In this document: one piece after another, positions 25,099-36,572 of the stretch
Layout of the letters: each line of letters begins with the position of its first letter
Position numbering within the stretch: the stretch's first letter is position 1
NCBI GenBank assembly: GCA_964187785.1
Contig: OZ076412.1
Span: 27,094,001 to 27,158,000, forward strand
From: Amphiscolops sp. MND2022
Lineage: Eukaryota
Length of the DNA stretch: 64,000 bases
Direction of reading: 5' to 3'
Program-made: the position numbers and the translations under genes
Notes under the pieces: model-generated
Seen by the model: only the letters and a program-made list of their open reading frames with translations
The model's database searches: none
Told to the model about the DNA's origin: nothing

Positions 25099-28019
25099 TT
25101 GAGAGGTCGATCTCAAGTGCTTATAGTAACTAGTCAAAAGTAACTAGTCATTGTTTATCATCACTCGTTAACACCAGTGAAGTGCCTTCAAAGACCGTCG
25201 GTCTCCGCGTCTAGTTGTGACCATCCAACAAATCAGAGTGATCTGATAAATGAAAGAATAATCCTGAATGAATCTGAATGAAAATAATAGAATGGCGAAA
25301 ACTGATGAAATTTAATGGTTGGAGTGATGGTGACTTTAACAATGAAACAAAGCAATGATATATGGGAATAATAGTTGAGTGTACGTCACTGGCAGGTTCC
25401 ATAACAACGAAAAAAAGGATGAAAGAGTTGTTAAAAGAAGTAAGAAGGCTAGTAATAATGAAATTCCTTGAATGTAGCCACGACGTCCTCTAATCTGAAT
25501 CTGATTAAAATGTACTGTAATTGAATAATTAACCGTCTTCAAAGTCAAGATTCATTTTAATAAGTAAGAGTCAGTAAATGGGACTTGTAGTCAAATTGTC
25601 GTAGAGCATAGTAAACTCAGTTTGGTAACCTACACAGTCAACACTACAGTCTTTGAATTGTTTATCTCCTTCGTTACATTTGTATTCGAAACACAATTTA
25701 TCATTCCTCTAAAGCAGATTGACCTGCTGTTTCGTAACAGGACAATTTTGCAACTTTCGTCACAGTATTAGTATCGCCAGCAGATTAGCATTCTTTGGAC
25801 TGTGAGTCTGTTCGACCTTCTTCGACATGAGTTTAAATTTGTCCCGCAGCCAACTTCAAAGAATCAATTCCAGATCAGCAACATCCTTTGCGATTCACAG
25901 ACGTCAACATCCAAGTCCAACAGTTTAGATTCGACGTTCAAATTCTGCTTGCCATTTCAGACAAACATCAGGTTGGTTCTTTCAAAATATTTTGTCAAAT
26001 TTGAGCTTGATCAGGGCTTCCCATCGACTAAGTTTTCACTTCCTCCATCGTGAAATATTCAGCCACAGGCATGAACATATAATGAACTTGCTTTCGAAAG
26101 ACTTTCAAACGCGATAAGATGGACTTTATTAGCGGAAGTGGATCGCGAAAAGTTTTTCCTTCCGTTTAGGCAAAGAAATGAGTGGCCAACCAGATCAAGA
26201 CACTACTGAAACTATGGAGATTGATGCACCGCCAACCACATGTGCGCCAGAGCCAGAAGTCACTGAGTTGCTAGCGGACAGGAGGTCCTTAGTCAAACTG
26301 TCTTCCAACACTGTTACTGAAAGTTGTGGGGCATACATTAGTCGAACAGTTGAGTTACTAGCAAGCGTCGAACCAGTTACCACGGTTCCCAATGACGAGA
26401 TTCCTGCTGAGATCAAAGCCAGCATTAGCGATCCAGTGGCAATTACTCCTGGTTTGAACGAACTGATCCCTGAAGAGAAGATGCCCGAAAGTGTCCCTAG
26501 AGTTGTCTTCTTGGACAAGCCCGATACCCAGATCACACCGTCTCAAGCCACTGTGAGAGACCAAAATATACTAGAAAATGCTGTGGCGACTGAACAACCC
26601 ACATTGATGCCTGATTCAGCCACGCAACCAGAACACACAGAAGAAAGAAGAACTGAAGCTTTCGTACTAAATGAGCAACGAGTCGACAGAGGGCCAATGT
26701 ACTACCGGTCCCATACGGATGATGATTCTTGCTTTGGTATGAAAAACGGCACTGGGTCACTAGCGCGATCCACACTTGCTCAGGCTCTTTAATGCTCCGC
26801 TGAGGTCCGTGACATTACCTGTCCTAATGAATCCAGCAACGAATCAAACTCTTTAGATGTACGGACTAACTCGGGCCCAAATCCCTTGTCAGCTACCAGT
26901 ACGGTCATAATAAAACATTGTTTCACTGAAACGAATCCAATCTGTCTTGACCCAGGACACCCCGTTATCGCTCCCAATCAAGAACAAATCACCAGCATCC
27001 TCAGGATCGTTGCCGACGAAAGTGCATGGGCATCATTTGAAATGCTGAATAGCGTTGTGGAACGTGCAAGCAAGCTAAATTTGGGCAGCCCTTCAAAAAC
27101 TGTCTCTCAACGCCGATCTCGTTCGCTTTCTGGACTGGATACTGATACTGATGTTGGCAGTGAATCGGCAATCTCTTATGGGACTCGGAGAGACGATGCA
27201 AGCCCAGGTATGACCAGTGAAGCAGAGTCCCATCAAGACGTCCAATCAAGTATCACCATGCCCACGCCTCCGACTATCGGCGGCAATAGACAAAAGGACC
27301 TACAATGCAATTCAAATTCGCCTGCATGTTCTAGTCCTGGCGCTCAAACACTTTCCACAGTTAGAAGAGAAGCTATTAGCGAGCAAAGGCAGACATGAAG
27401 ACAAGCTTCTACTCGAGCCAGAGCCAGAGGTCAGGCACGAGCCAGAAGGAGAGTCGGTAGGGTTATGAAGAATACTTTGAGTCCATGCCTTGGACCAGGA
27501 CCTTCGTGACAGGACTGGTTGACCCTAAATGGAACAAGCACAAAATCTATTGCCAAATCTGCAAGTGCAATGTTTCCATTCGAGCTAAGGGTCCTAAAGA
27601 AATTCTTCGACCTTATGCTACTGAGCGCCATTTGCGTAAGGACCAGCGCCGAAGGTACGAACACCTCACTATTGAAGATCCTCTGACGAAACGGCTCAGA
27701 TATCAAGTGAGAGGCAGGGACGGCAAGGTCCTCTCGAACAATCAACTGCAGTTAGAGATGCCTCTTTTCATATTTTCATAGAGAGTGAGTTAGTGGACAT
27801 TGGGGACAAGCTGCCGTTTACGACGAAGCGATGGCGGGTAGCGATTACATGGCCTCCTCGCCACAAAATTGCGCCAGAATGCAAATCTCCATCCTTGGAC
27901 ACTTCGTGCCACTGTCAGGAGACATTCAGGTTCTACGCGTTCTCTGGCAACTGATTGGTACAGTCGTCAATCACCAAGCAATTTTCAGTGACCTAGACTG
28001 GAGTACAACTAGATTCTCA

Positions 28020-28170
28020 GTAAGTAGTTCCATCACATCAAATCGACTTTGGGTCCAATTGAGTATAGAGTGTTCTAGTTTAGTGTCAATAAGCCGTCAT
28101 TCACAACTTGTACTACAGGTCTTAGGTTGTCTCTTGTACAGGATTATTCTAGTTTAGGGTTATGTTTAAG
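28020..28170 (+). other. Intron 1 of the antisense gene (151 bp, phase 0)
   Basis: GTAAGT donor at 28020 and tatgtttaag acceptor. Splicing joins TTRFS|VLFHHLF in frame. Confidence 0.7.
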
Positions 28171-28850
28171 GTGTTGTTCCATCACTTGTTCCATCAAATC
28201 ATTCCAATCCTGGGTAACGAAATTCTCACATCTGGGCAGTACTTACTTGAATTTGAACCTCAAAGTGTTTCCTTGTTGCTCCACTTACGATTCTAGAAGG
28301 CCAACAGATTGTGTTGTGTTTACTTGTCGAGGACCGGACGAATCAGTGGGCAGAATTCCGCTGAGTTGCAGATAGTTTCCACCCTCCTGGCTGCCATTTC
28401 CACTGAGGCAGATCTGGTATGCTGCTTTGGAGCGACCTACGGCCTTGTCCAAATGCTAGACCGATCTCGCTCAAGTAGACACCAACTCTGTTTGATGAAA
28501 TTGCGATTAAGAAGTTGATGCACAAGGACAGTTACAGCGTGTTTGGACGCATGGACTTCTTTTCCGTTCTGCAGTACCTAAGTTGCTGCTTGAGCAGCAG
28601 CCTGCAAATGGAATGGAACCTTTTCACCTCAGAACTGACCAAGGTTACACCCTAGGGCTACTTTCCTAAGTCTTCCCAGGGCTTAACCACACCCCAACAT
28701 AACATTTGTTCGCAGGCGATCAAGGCGGGTAATCTCGACGTGTCAGGAATCCCCACACTGTGTCAAGAGTTGATGGCCCACTTGAAATCCGTTACCAGCT
28801 TCCTGTCAACTCATGCTGCCCAACAACAGATGCAAGGGGTCAGAAATCAG

Positions 28851-28923
28851 GTATGTTGCTCTACGTTCCCCGTACTTAGGGTCGGCTATGATGAATCTCA
28901 TATAAGACTGTGTTTTCTCTCAG
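28851..28923 (+). other. Intron 2 of the antisense gene (73 bp, phase 0)
   Basis: CAG|GTATGT donor and tgttttctctcag acceptor. Splicing joins GVRNQ|PQNFEW in frame. Confidence 0.72.
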
Positions 28924-29005
28924 CCGCAGAACTTCGAGTGGTCAGTTATCCACGATGAATTCTTCCCTTGCCGACTTGAACTTTTTGGCAAATTAGTGCG
29001 AGATT

Positions 29006-29212
29006 GTGAGTACCTTCAGTCAGAGTATATTCCGTCTGCGTTAGGTCTTCGTTTAATTTTTTTGACTAGTAAAGTAGGTGGCTGATGTATGTTTCACTTT
29101 GCTTCCTTATACCGTCCTTAGAGAATCTGTAGTCCCATTATGTCTGATCGTATCAATGTGACTCTGGTTCACCATAGGCTCAGGTTCTCATTGTGCTATT
29201 TCTCTTTTCCAG
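29006..29212 (+). other. Intron 3 of the antisense gene (207 bp, phase 1)
   Basis: GTGAGT donor and atttctcttttccag acceptor. Splicing gives LVRD-Y-TTNFSL in frame with ORF 29140-29472. Confidence 0.72.
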
Positions 29213-30412
29213 ATACCACCAATTTCTCTCTCAGCCTGAGAGGACGTCGAAACAGGGCTTTCTACTCTTTCCGGCAGCTCTGCTTGTATCTTCGCAAGTT
29301 AGCTAAGCGTGTAGTCATGACCTCTGCGCTTCCGGGAGAGGATGAACTGGCAGGCATCTTGGACCTAGGCGTCGCAATTGCAACAGCGCTGAGCGTGACC
29401 GTTTTCCTCAACAGGCTAAAAGTCGGTACAACACTGGATCATGCTAGTAAACTGAAAGCAGAGCAAGAGTAGCATCAGCATAAGGGGAAGAAGTCGACCG
29501 TCAACGAGCTCAAGGACAAGGTCAAAGACGAGTTCGGGAGACTGGCCAGAAGTTACGTAACCCATCTGTTCAAAGAGACCTGAAGTCACTTCAACTTCAC
29601 CACCAACATTGCACAGGTGCTGGGCAGTTTTGATCTGGAGATAATGTTGAAGTTTCTTTTGGCTCCAGCTACCAGGTGTTACCTTGTTTGCAACATTCAG
29701 GTTGAGTGGCTATTTTACCCTCAATCAAGAGTCACAAGCCCAGGAGGAATATGTGTCTTTCATCGACGAGCTACGAGTAAAGTTTGCTGAATTTGATCAG
29801 CCCACATCGTTGGTTCCCGATACGTTTGATTTCCTCATGGAACAAATTACTTTACCAACTCGTCCCCTCTTGTTGCAAAGTTTCAAGATCCTGCTAGCAA
29901 GTTAGTTGACGTCGTACTGCCGGTCCAATCATACTTCAAGCATGTAGTCAACTCCATCGAGTCCGCCACTACCGACGCTTCCATTTTAGAGTTCCTCGCA
30001 TTGGAGTCTACTTTTGGTATTGGGGTCTACGAAGCGCCTTAAGCAACACGTATGATCCATGGTCAGGACTGGACAACTTTGGGAAGGCTGCAATTCTGTC
30101 AAAATTGGATCCTGATAATAAATATGCAAGGTGAGCAAAGGAGGAGCTTCTAGTTTATCGTCGTCCCCCAGTACCTTGAAGTACCCAAAGAAAAATGTTC
30201 GTCCAATACAACTTCTCTCTGATTCCGAAATTAGCCAGTCCGCCAAAAGCCTGCGTCAGTGCAGCAGTAAAGACTAATTGTACCTAGTGTACATATGTAA
30301 ACTTTAGACTTTGCTTTGTATTTATCTGTTGTTTGCCATTTATTTTGCCATTGTTCTTTATGGCCTTTGTATTGTATGCCACTGTGTCGTTTTGTCGACA
30401 AATATTTGTTGC

Positions 30413-30445
30413 AATAAAAAGAAAGTCAGAATAATCCTGAATAAA
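30413..30445 (+). terminator. Polyadenylation signals of the antisense gene
   Basis: AATAAA at 30413 and 30440 after a T/GT-rich 3' UTR, about 60-90 bp from the convergent pol stop at 30503. Confidence 0.55.
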
Positions 30446-30502
30446 AATGCATGTCCACAAGGGCAGATAGAGAATAGGGGACTCTATAATTTAATGTTCT
30501 GA

Positions 30503-33500
30503 CTAGTATCTGTATTTTGCAGTATAGTTGGAGGTAGGGTTAGGGCGAACGTTGTTTTTTCCTCCTCTAGGATTTTCATTTTTTAAAATCATTTCGTCAT
30601 TTTCACTTTCTAATACTTCAGGCACGATAGTATCGCGCCCCCCTGAGGGTGTTTTATCGTCATGAATTGTTTCGTCGTCACTTTTGTGCATAATTTGATC
30701 AGGAGGAGTTGCGTCGGTGATATCTCGTCTGGTGGACCGTAGGTCCACATCGGTCAAAATTTGGTCTTGCTGCTCAGCATCGTTAGCAGCGTCACTCGTA
30801 GTTTCTGCTCGTTCAGTCGTTAGCTCGCAATACGTCGACCAGACTCCAAGTCTTCAAAGTTGGATTCCCACGTAATTACGTATGAAACGTCTTGAGGAAT
30901 GACAATTTCGCCATCCAGCTGCAAGTTCCTTTCTGGGCGATTGTCCTGTAAATCGATATTCGTTTCATTTTTTCGAAGACGAATTCTGTGTAAATTTTGC
31001 GTCTTGTTGGAGTTGAGTTTTCGAACTATATAATTGTCATTCGGTAAAACCTTTTCAATGGTATAAAGTCCAATCCATCTAAATTCCCGAAATGGGAGTT
31101 TGATCCCTGATGATCAGCTGTGGGTTGTAAAATAAACACTAATCGTTGTGTTTCAAAGGCGCTGCTTTGGCCTGTCGGTCATAATATTCTTTGTACTTCA
31201 AATAGGACTGCATAATGTTTTTGTTTGTTGAATCAAGCAAGAATTGCGTTCTGCGTTGGAATTCTTCTGCAAAATCCGTTGTTGGTAACACCGTGGGATT
31301 GGGATTGAGTCCCAAATTGTGTTCCAAATAATCATATGGAATAAGGCCATGAAATATCTTTGAAGGCTCACACCCCAACGTCGAATAGTAGGACGTGTTA
31401 CATTTTAAAACTGCCAAAGTTAGGTACTTGTGCCACTGACGTCTGTACTCCCCTGAGGCCATTTTGAGATTCGTTTTTAGACTAGCATGAGTCCTTTCAA
31501 GCTTCCCTATGGTCTGCATGTGTTTTGTCGTCGCAAATCTGATTTGAATTCCCAATGTTTGTGCAATTTCAGCAATTAACTTTGACGTAAAGGCTGATCC
31601 CTTATCGATAATCAAAGTCGTTGGCAAATAAGTGTGTTTGGTCATGATGTCGATAATGACCTCAGCCGTATTTGTCGCTGAAGCATCTGTGACTGGGTAA
31701 ACGAAAAGGTAACGCGAGAAACCGTCTATAGCGGTAATGGTGTTTTCGTATCATAGGCTTGGTGGGGGGTTTGGTAAAAGGTCTAGTTGCATTGCGTCTT
31801 TTGGACCTCCGGTAGATTGAGTAACTCGGGAGTTATTAGGTCGTTGCTATTTTTTTTGTCTTTTATGCAAATTTCACATCCATTTACCCATTTGCGGACA
31901 AGATTTGCTATTCCAAGGTAATAATATTTGGATCTAATTTGCTGTAACAATTTGGCAATACCCGGATGTCGATTTGCCTTCCCGTGGAGGGATTCAAGTA
32001 ATTCGGTCACCAGGTGCTTTGGCAGCAGTACTTTATTGTAGTCGATATTTCCTGTTTCGTCATAGTACTGCCTGGTGATGATTCCGTCTTGGATGGACAT
32101 CCGGTCTAATTGACGTAGGTAGTGTTGGTATCTCGTGTCTTGTATCAAGATCGTTTCGGAATACTCTTCCTTCTGGATTTTAAGTTTAAGTTGCTGTAAA
32201 TTAACGTCATTATTTTGCTCTTTAGCCATTGTGTTATTATTGGCTAGTTTTTGACAAATTGACAGATGTTGGTAATTGCTGTTATGGGTGGAAAATTTTT
32301 CAAAAGAAATATCTTGCAATTGGTTGACAGGATTATCTCGTGCTTGTTTGTTCCGTTGCCAGATTTGCTCTTCTGTTTCGTCATCGTCTTCGGTATAGAA
32401 GATCTGTTCTTCTTCTGTGCCGCCGCGGATTGGACATGAAGTTCAGCTGGCGTTGTGGGGATGTTTTCGCTGAGGCGAAGTATTAATTTTTCATTTGGTG
32501 ACAATTCCAGGCGTGATAAGTAATCAGCAGCTGTATTATTCTTGCCGGGAATGTGTGCAATTGTGACATTGAATTGAATGACGTAATCACACGCGTTCCA
32601 AAGTGTAGGCGGAATTATCTTTGTTTGAAAAAAAACAGGTGACTGATTTGTTGCCTGTTAATTTTATCACCGGTTTTGGCGTGCCCCAAAAGATATGTTC
32701 AAATTCTTTGAAGGCAAAGAATTTTGCTAAGAATTCTTTCGCGTAAATGGACATTTTCAACTGTGCGGGACTAAAAGTCTTTGAGCCGAAAGTATATTTG
32801 AAGTATTTGAAGTATATTTCTCTTGTGGAGTTGAAGTATATTTCTCTTCGGCCATGAAGCTGGCATCAGTCATAAGGGCTATTTGTTTGTTCGGTAGCGG
32901 TTGTTTGAGTGCTAATTCACAACATCGGTCAAGGGCCTTATTTCTGTCAGTAAATTTTTCCAACAGGTCCGGTGACACCAGGACTTTTTCGTCAATTTTT
33001 AATAGTTTAAAGAATGGCGTCAGGTTTTCTGAAAGCCTGGGAAAATAATTTCAATAGTAGTTGAGAAATCCCAGGTATCGTTGTAATGCTCTCTTGGACT
33101 TTGGAAAGTTTGTGTTTTCAAGAAAATTTTGGACTCGTGGTCGTTGCAGACGTACCCCAACTGGAGTGATTGTCCGGCCTTGGAAGTCCATTTCCGTTGC
33201 ACCGAAATAACATTTGTGCATTGTGAGTTTCAATCCTGCCTCTCGGATGCATTGGAAAGTAGCCATAGGTTCTTTTTGAGCTGTGCGGCATCGTTTGCGG
33301 CAATGCCAATATCGTCGACATATTGGGCACATTGGTCAACCTTGATAACTTTGTCAAGGTATTCGCGCATACAGCTTGAAAAGGCTGATAAAGCACGGCT
33401 AAGTCCTTGTGCTAATCTGCGATATGCAAACGTTCTGCTGGCAAAACTGAATGCCAACATTTCAGTGGACCTTTGGTCCGCCATCTGCAGGCAATGGCAT

Positions 33501-35460
33501 GCTTGCGAGCAATCCAGTTTGCAAAATAGCTTTTTGCCTGCCATGTGTTGAGCTGCATCGGTCAGCGTACTGACGGGATGGTTATTATTGATGTAATCGT
33601 CAGAGATAAGATTGTTGTTTTCGCGAAGGTCGACTAGCAATCGTAATTTGCCATTAGGTTTCTTTTGGGCAAAAATCGGGCAAGCGTACTTAGAGAATGG
33701 AAGGGTTGTTATTATCCCGTATTGTTGTAAAAGTGCCAATTCTACACGGATATCTTCCTTGAGGTTGATAGGCGTTGGTAGGTTTTGGCCATAGACCGGG
33801 AAATCATTTTTTGGGATTAATTTAACCTTGACTTCCACATTCATGCCTATGTCGAATCTGTGTCTAGCGAATTTGTCATGAAATTCGACTAGCATGTCTT
33901 CAATGCGTGCAATTTCTTCTGGTTGCAGCATATAACCCTGAGGGTTGAGGTTTACTAGCTCCCGAAGATTCTGTAGCTCTATAAGAAAACGTTTCTGTAT
34001 CGGTGTATGTTGTTCCGGATCCCCGGGGTCTTCCAGAACTGGGAACCAATATTTCTCTCGTAAATGTTCTAGTTTAGAAGATTTAATCAAACTGCTAACG
34101 TAAAAGGCAGCGTCTTCAGTGTTGTCCTGCAGTAGGTGCCATGTGGTCACCGGGTCAATAGGTTTGACATATTTCATCTCTCCTGGGGTCATGACAGAGA
34201 AATTAGCAACGTGCGAACCTCTCTTGAGAGTGTAAGGGTGGTCAGTGAGGTTATTCAGGTGAGTTTGAACTTGACCTGTGGTCAATGTGACCAATGTCGC
34301 ACAAAAGGCAATATCGCCATCTTCAGTGACTGCCTTACTCGGCCGAATGATTCTCGTAACAGCGGTGTCAACATACATTTGTCAGGTTAAAGTGACTAAT
34401 TGCCTATCATTAGGGGATCGGTGATATCCTCCCGCGTACCTATAGGCTCCATGACGTTGGTGTACTTGTGACCCGCTGTCTTCAATTGCATGGAGAAGAA
34501 CGGGAAATTTAAGACTCCTTGTCTCATATCTAAGATGGTGTTGTTTCGTTGTAGAAACGAGAGACCGATCAACGGACTCGATAATTTCTCCATTACTACA
34601 AAAATTTCGAGAAATTCTATGTCGTCGACCTTAAGTTTCAGTTCTACGGTACTCTTCGGAGTTTCCAGCAGCCCATTTCCTCCCATTATTTGAAAATTGG
34701 GCGCCAGGCCCTCTTTGACAATTGACTGAGGGGCTAATAATCGGATTTTACGTAGACCAGCTTCTGGGATTGCGCTAGATAGAGCCCCCGTGTCTACAAG
34801 GCCATCTAATGTAAGTTCGCCAAAATCCATAGGAAAATAGAGCATTCGTCGTTTATATTTGAGTCCAAGGTTGGTTGTCAGCGGTACATAGTCTGGTTCT
34901 CCATTCCTGGTGACCAGAGTGTTCACAAATTGTGCTACGACGGCTGTAGTCAAAGAGATTTGTGGTCCAGTTGGGTAGAATTGGTGTGCTTGTTCATCTT
35001 GTGGTGGTAAGGCACAAGTATCGATTTTCGTTTGCCTTGGGTCAACTAATGCCTTGGATAAGAGAAGATTTAGAGCCGCATCAGTCGCATGACAATCGGG
35101 TTCTATGTCTGTATTTGGTTTTGTAAAATTGCTATGAAAATGCAATGCATTCTGATCGTAGAGTTGAATGTCCCAGTAGGGGTTGAAATTGTAGTCGGGA
35201 ACAGTATAATAGGGGTTATAATCAGGTATTACCCATGTATTATTAGTAGGGGACGGGTATAGTTTGTAGTCAAGTCGAGTCCGTCGGACCTAAGGTCCAG
35301 GGTGTGATATTGAGTAGGGGAGGTTCTCATTTGCTGCTTCCAGTCAGCTGATGAGAATCCTTTGAGTGAAGAATAATATTCAATGTAAAATACGGTAGAA
35401 GGGTCAGATATTATATAATGTCTAACGCGTATCTTTTCATTAAATTGGAGTCGTGGAAAT
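30503..35460 (-). pseudogene. pol: pol of the giant Gypsy (PR, possible dUTPase-like insert, RT, RH, INT with GPY/F-like tail)
   Basis: LVDTGA protease, KLDCSQA and YVDD (33311-33322), RNase H TDASF, integrase H..H/C..C and IIDKGSAF...ERTH, and WIGLYTIEKVL tail at about 31050. Many frameshifts. Confidence 0.92.
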
Positions 35461-35461
35461 T

Positions 35462-35471
35462 CTAGTTTTTT
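35462..35471 (-). promoter_or_regulatory. Putative -1 ribosomal frameshift site A-AAA-AAC followed by TAG at the gag/pol junction
   Basis: AAAAAAC-TAG on the minus strand. The same heptamer plus stop occurs at 20222-20231 in the diverged sister element. Confidence 0.6.
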
Positions 35472-36560
35472 GAGTTTTTAGGATAGAAGTTGTTTGTTTA
35501 TTGTTGGTGCCACTTTGGCTGGGGGACGGTTCGTCTTGTTTGGCGTCCTCCATCTTAAGGTTTTTGGGCTCGAGGTGGGCTCCAGCGCCTTTCCAACACC
35601 GTTCCGACGGGTGGTTCGTTTTGTCGCAAGGTGGACATTTTGCACATTCTTTTTTGGTATCCTGTCCGTCGCTGCGGTGTTTTTCTTCCTTTCTTTTGAG
35701 TTTTTAGCAGTCATCCTTGACATGCCCTGGTTTTTTGCAATAGTTGCAGGTGACATTCGGATCACTGCCAGAAGAAAGAAGGCCAGTTCCCGGTCGTGTT
35801 GCTGTAGGGGCGGTAGACATTGTAGGGACAGGAATGTCGTCACCTCCCTCAAGTCCATTAAGTTCTAATTCGCGTTCTAAGTGGATGACAATTTCTTCTC
35901 ATGAGGCATTTTCTAGACGTGCCATATTGACTGACACCTTGAGTTTTGGGGGCAATTTGGCGTATACAAGGCTATCAGTCATGGCCTGGGATTTTTCGCC
36001 AAACGCTTTATCTGCTCCCTGATTAAGTTCCTCAAGGAAATCCGATAACTCCATAGTGTTTGGGTTGAACACAAGTTTGTGCCATTTGTGTTTGGCAGTT
36101 TCCTGGGATTCTGGTTTGACATACCTTCGTCTAAAGACTGCTAGTAGGTCTTTCAGCGTCTGCCGATTGGCAGAATTAATGTTGCGGAAAATTTGTAGTG
36201 CATTCTTGCGTAGTAGGGAGTGGAAATGAATGATACTCAAGTTCCGTCATTTCTGGTTGCATTTTGATCATGGTATGAAAAAGATCTTTGAAAAGTTCAA
36301 ATTTCTCTAATTTCCCATCGAATGTCAATGTGGTAGTACTGACATAACGTACCATAAGTGTTTGTGCTGATGGTTTACTGTTCATGCCAACTAACACATC
36401 CGCGAGGCGTCTGATGGGGTCAGAGTTGACGCTGGTCTCTTGGACCGGAGGGATATTTTCCGAGGGTTGACCTTTTGGTAAAATTTGATTCTGTGTGTCA
36501 GTTAGGGAGTGCATGGGTGTCCAGTAAGAAATTCAGGAACCGTACGGGGGGTAGGGTTGG

Positions 36561-36572
36561 CTCCTGTCACCA
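36561..36572 (-). promoter_or_regulatory. Primer-binding site TGGTGACAGGAG (first 7 nt match a tRNA-Trp 3' end; tentative)
   Basis: Abuts the LTR end ...CATGACA. The same TGGTGACAGG occurs at about 19196. Confidence 0.7.

Larger units (their letters stand above)
26178..30277 (+). pseudogene. Spliced zinc-finger gene (4 coding exons; degenerate copy), antisense to the enclosing Gypsy
   Basis: Acceptor-like ttccttccgtttag (AG at 26168-26169) just before ATG 26178. Long acidic/Ser-Pro N-terminus. C-x2-C-x16-(H>P)-x5-H finger at 27551-27631. Three GT-AG introns with matching phases. Protein-like exons (VLFHHLFHQII; PQNFEWSVIHDEFF; EEYVSFIDELRVKF). Several stops and frameshifts. Confidence 0.7.

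Noticed and set aside
26100-30480. The antisense gene as an independent hAT or other DNA transposon
   Set aside because: No TIR or TSD was found by eye at either end and no DDE triad or clear hATC motif was recognised. Not fully excluded; see the main finding's refutation test.
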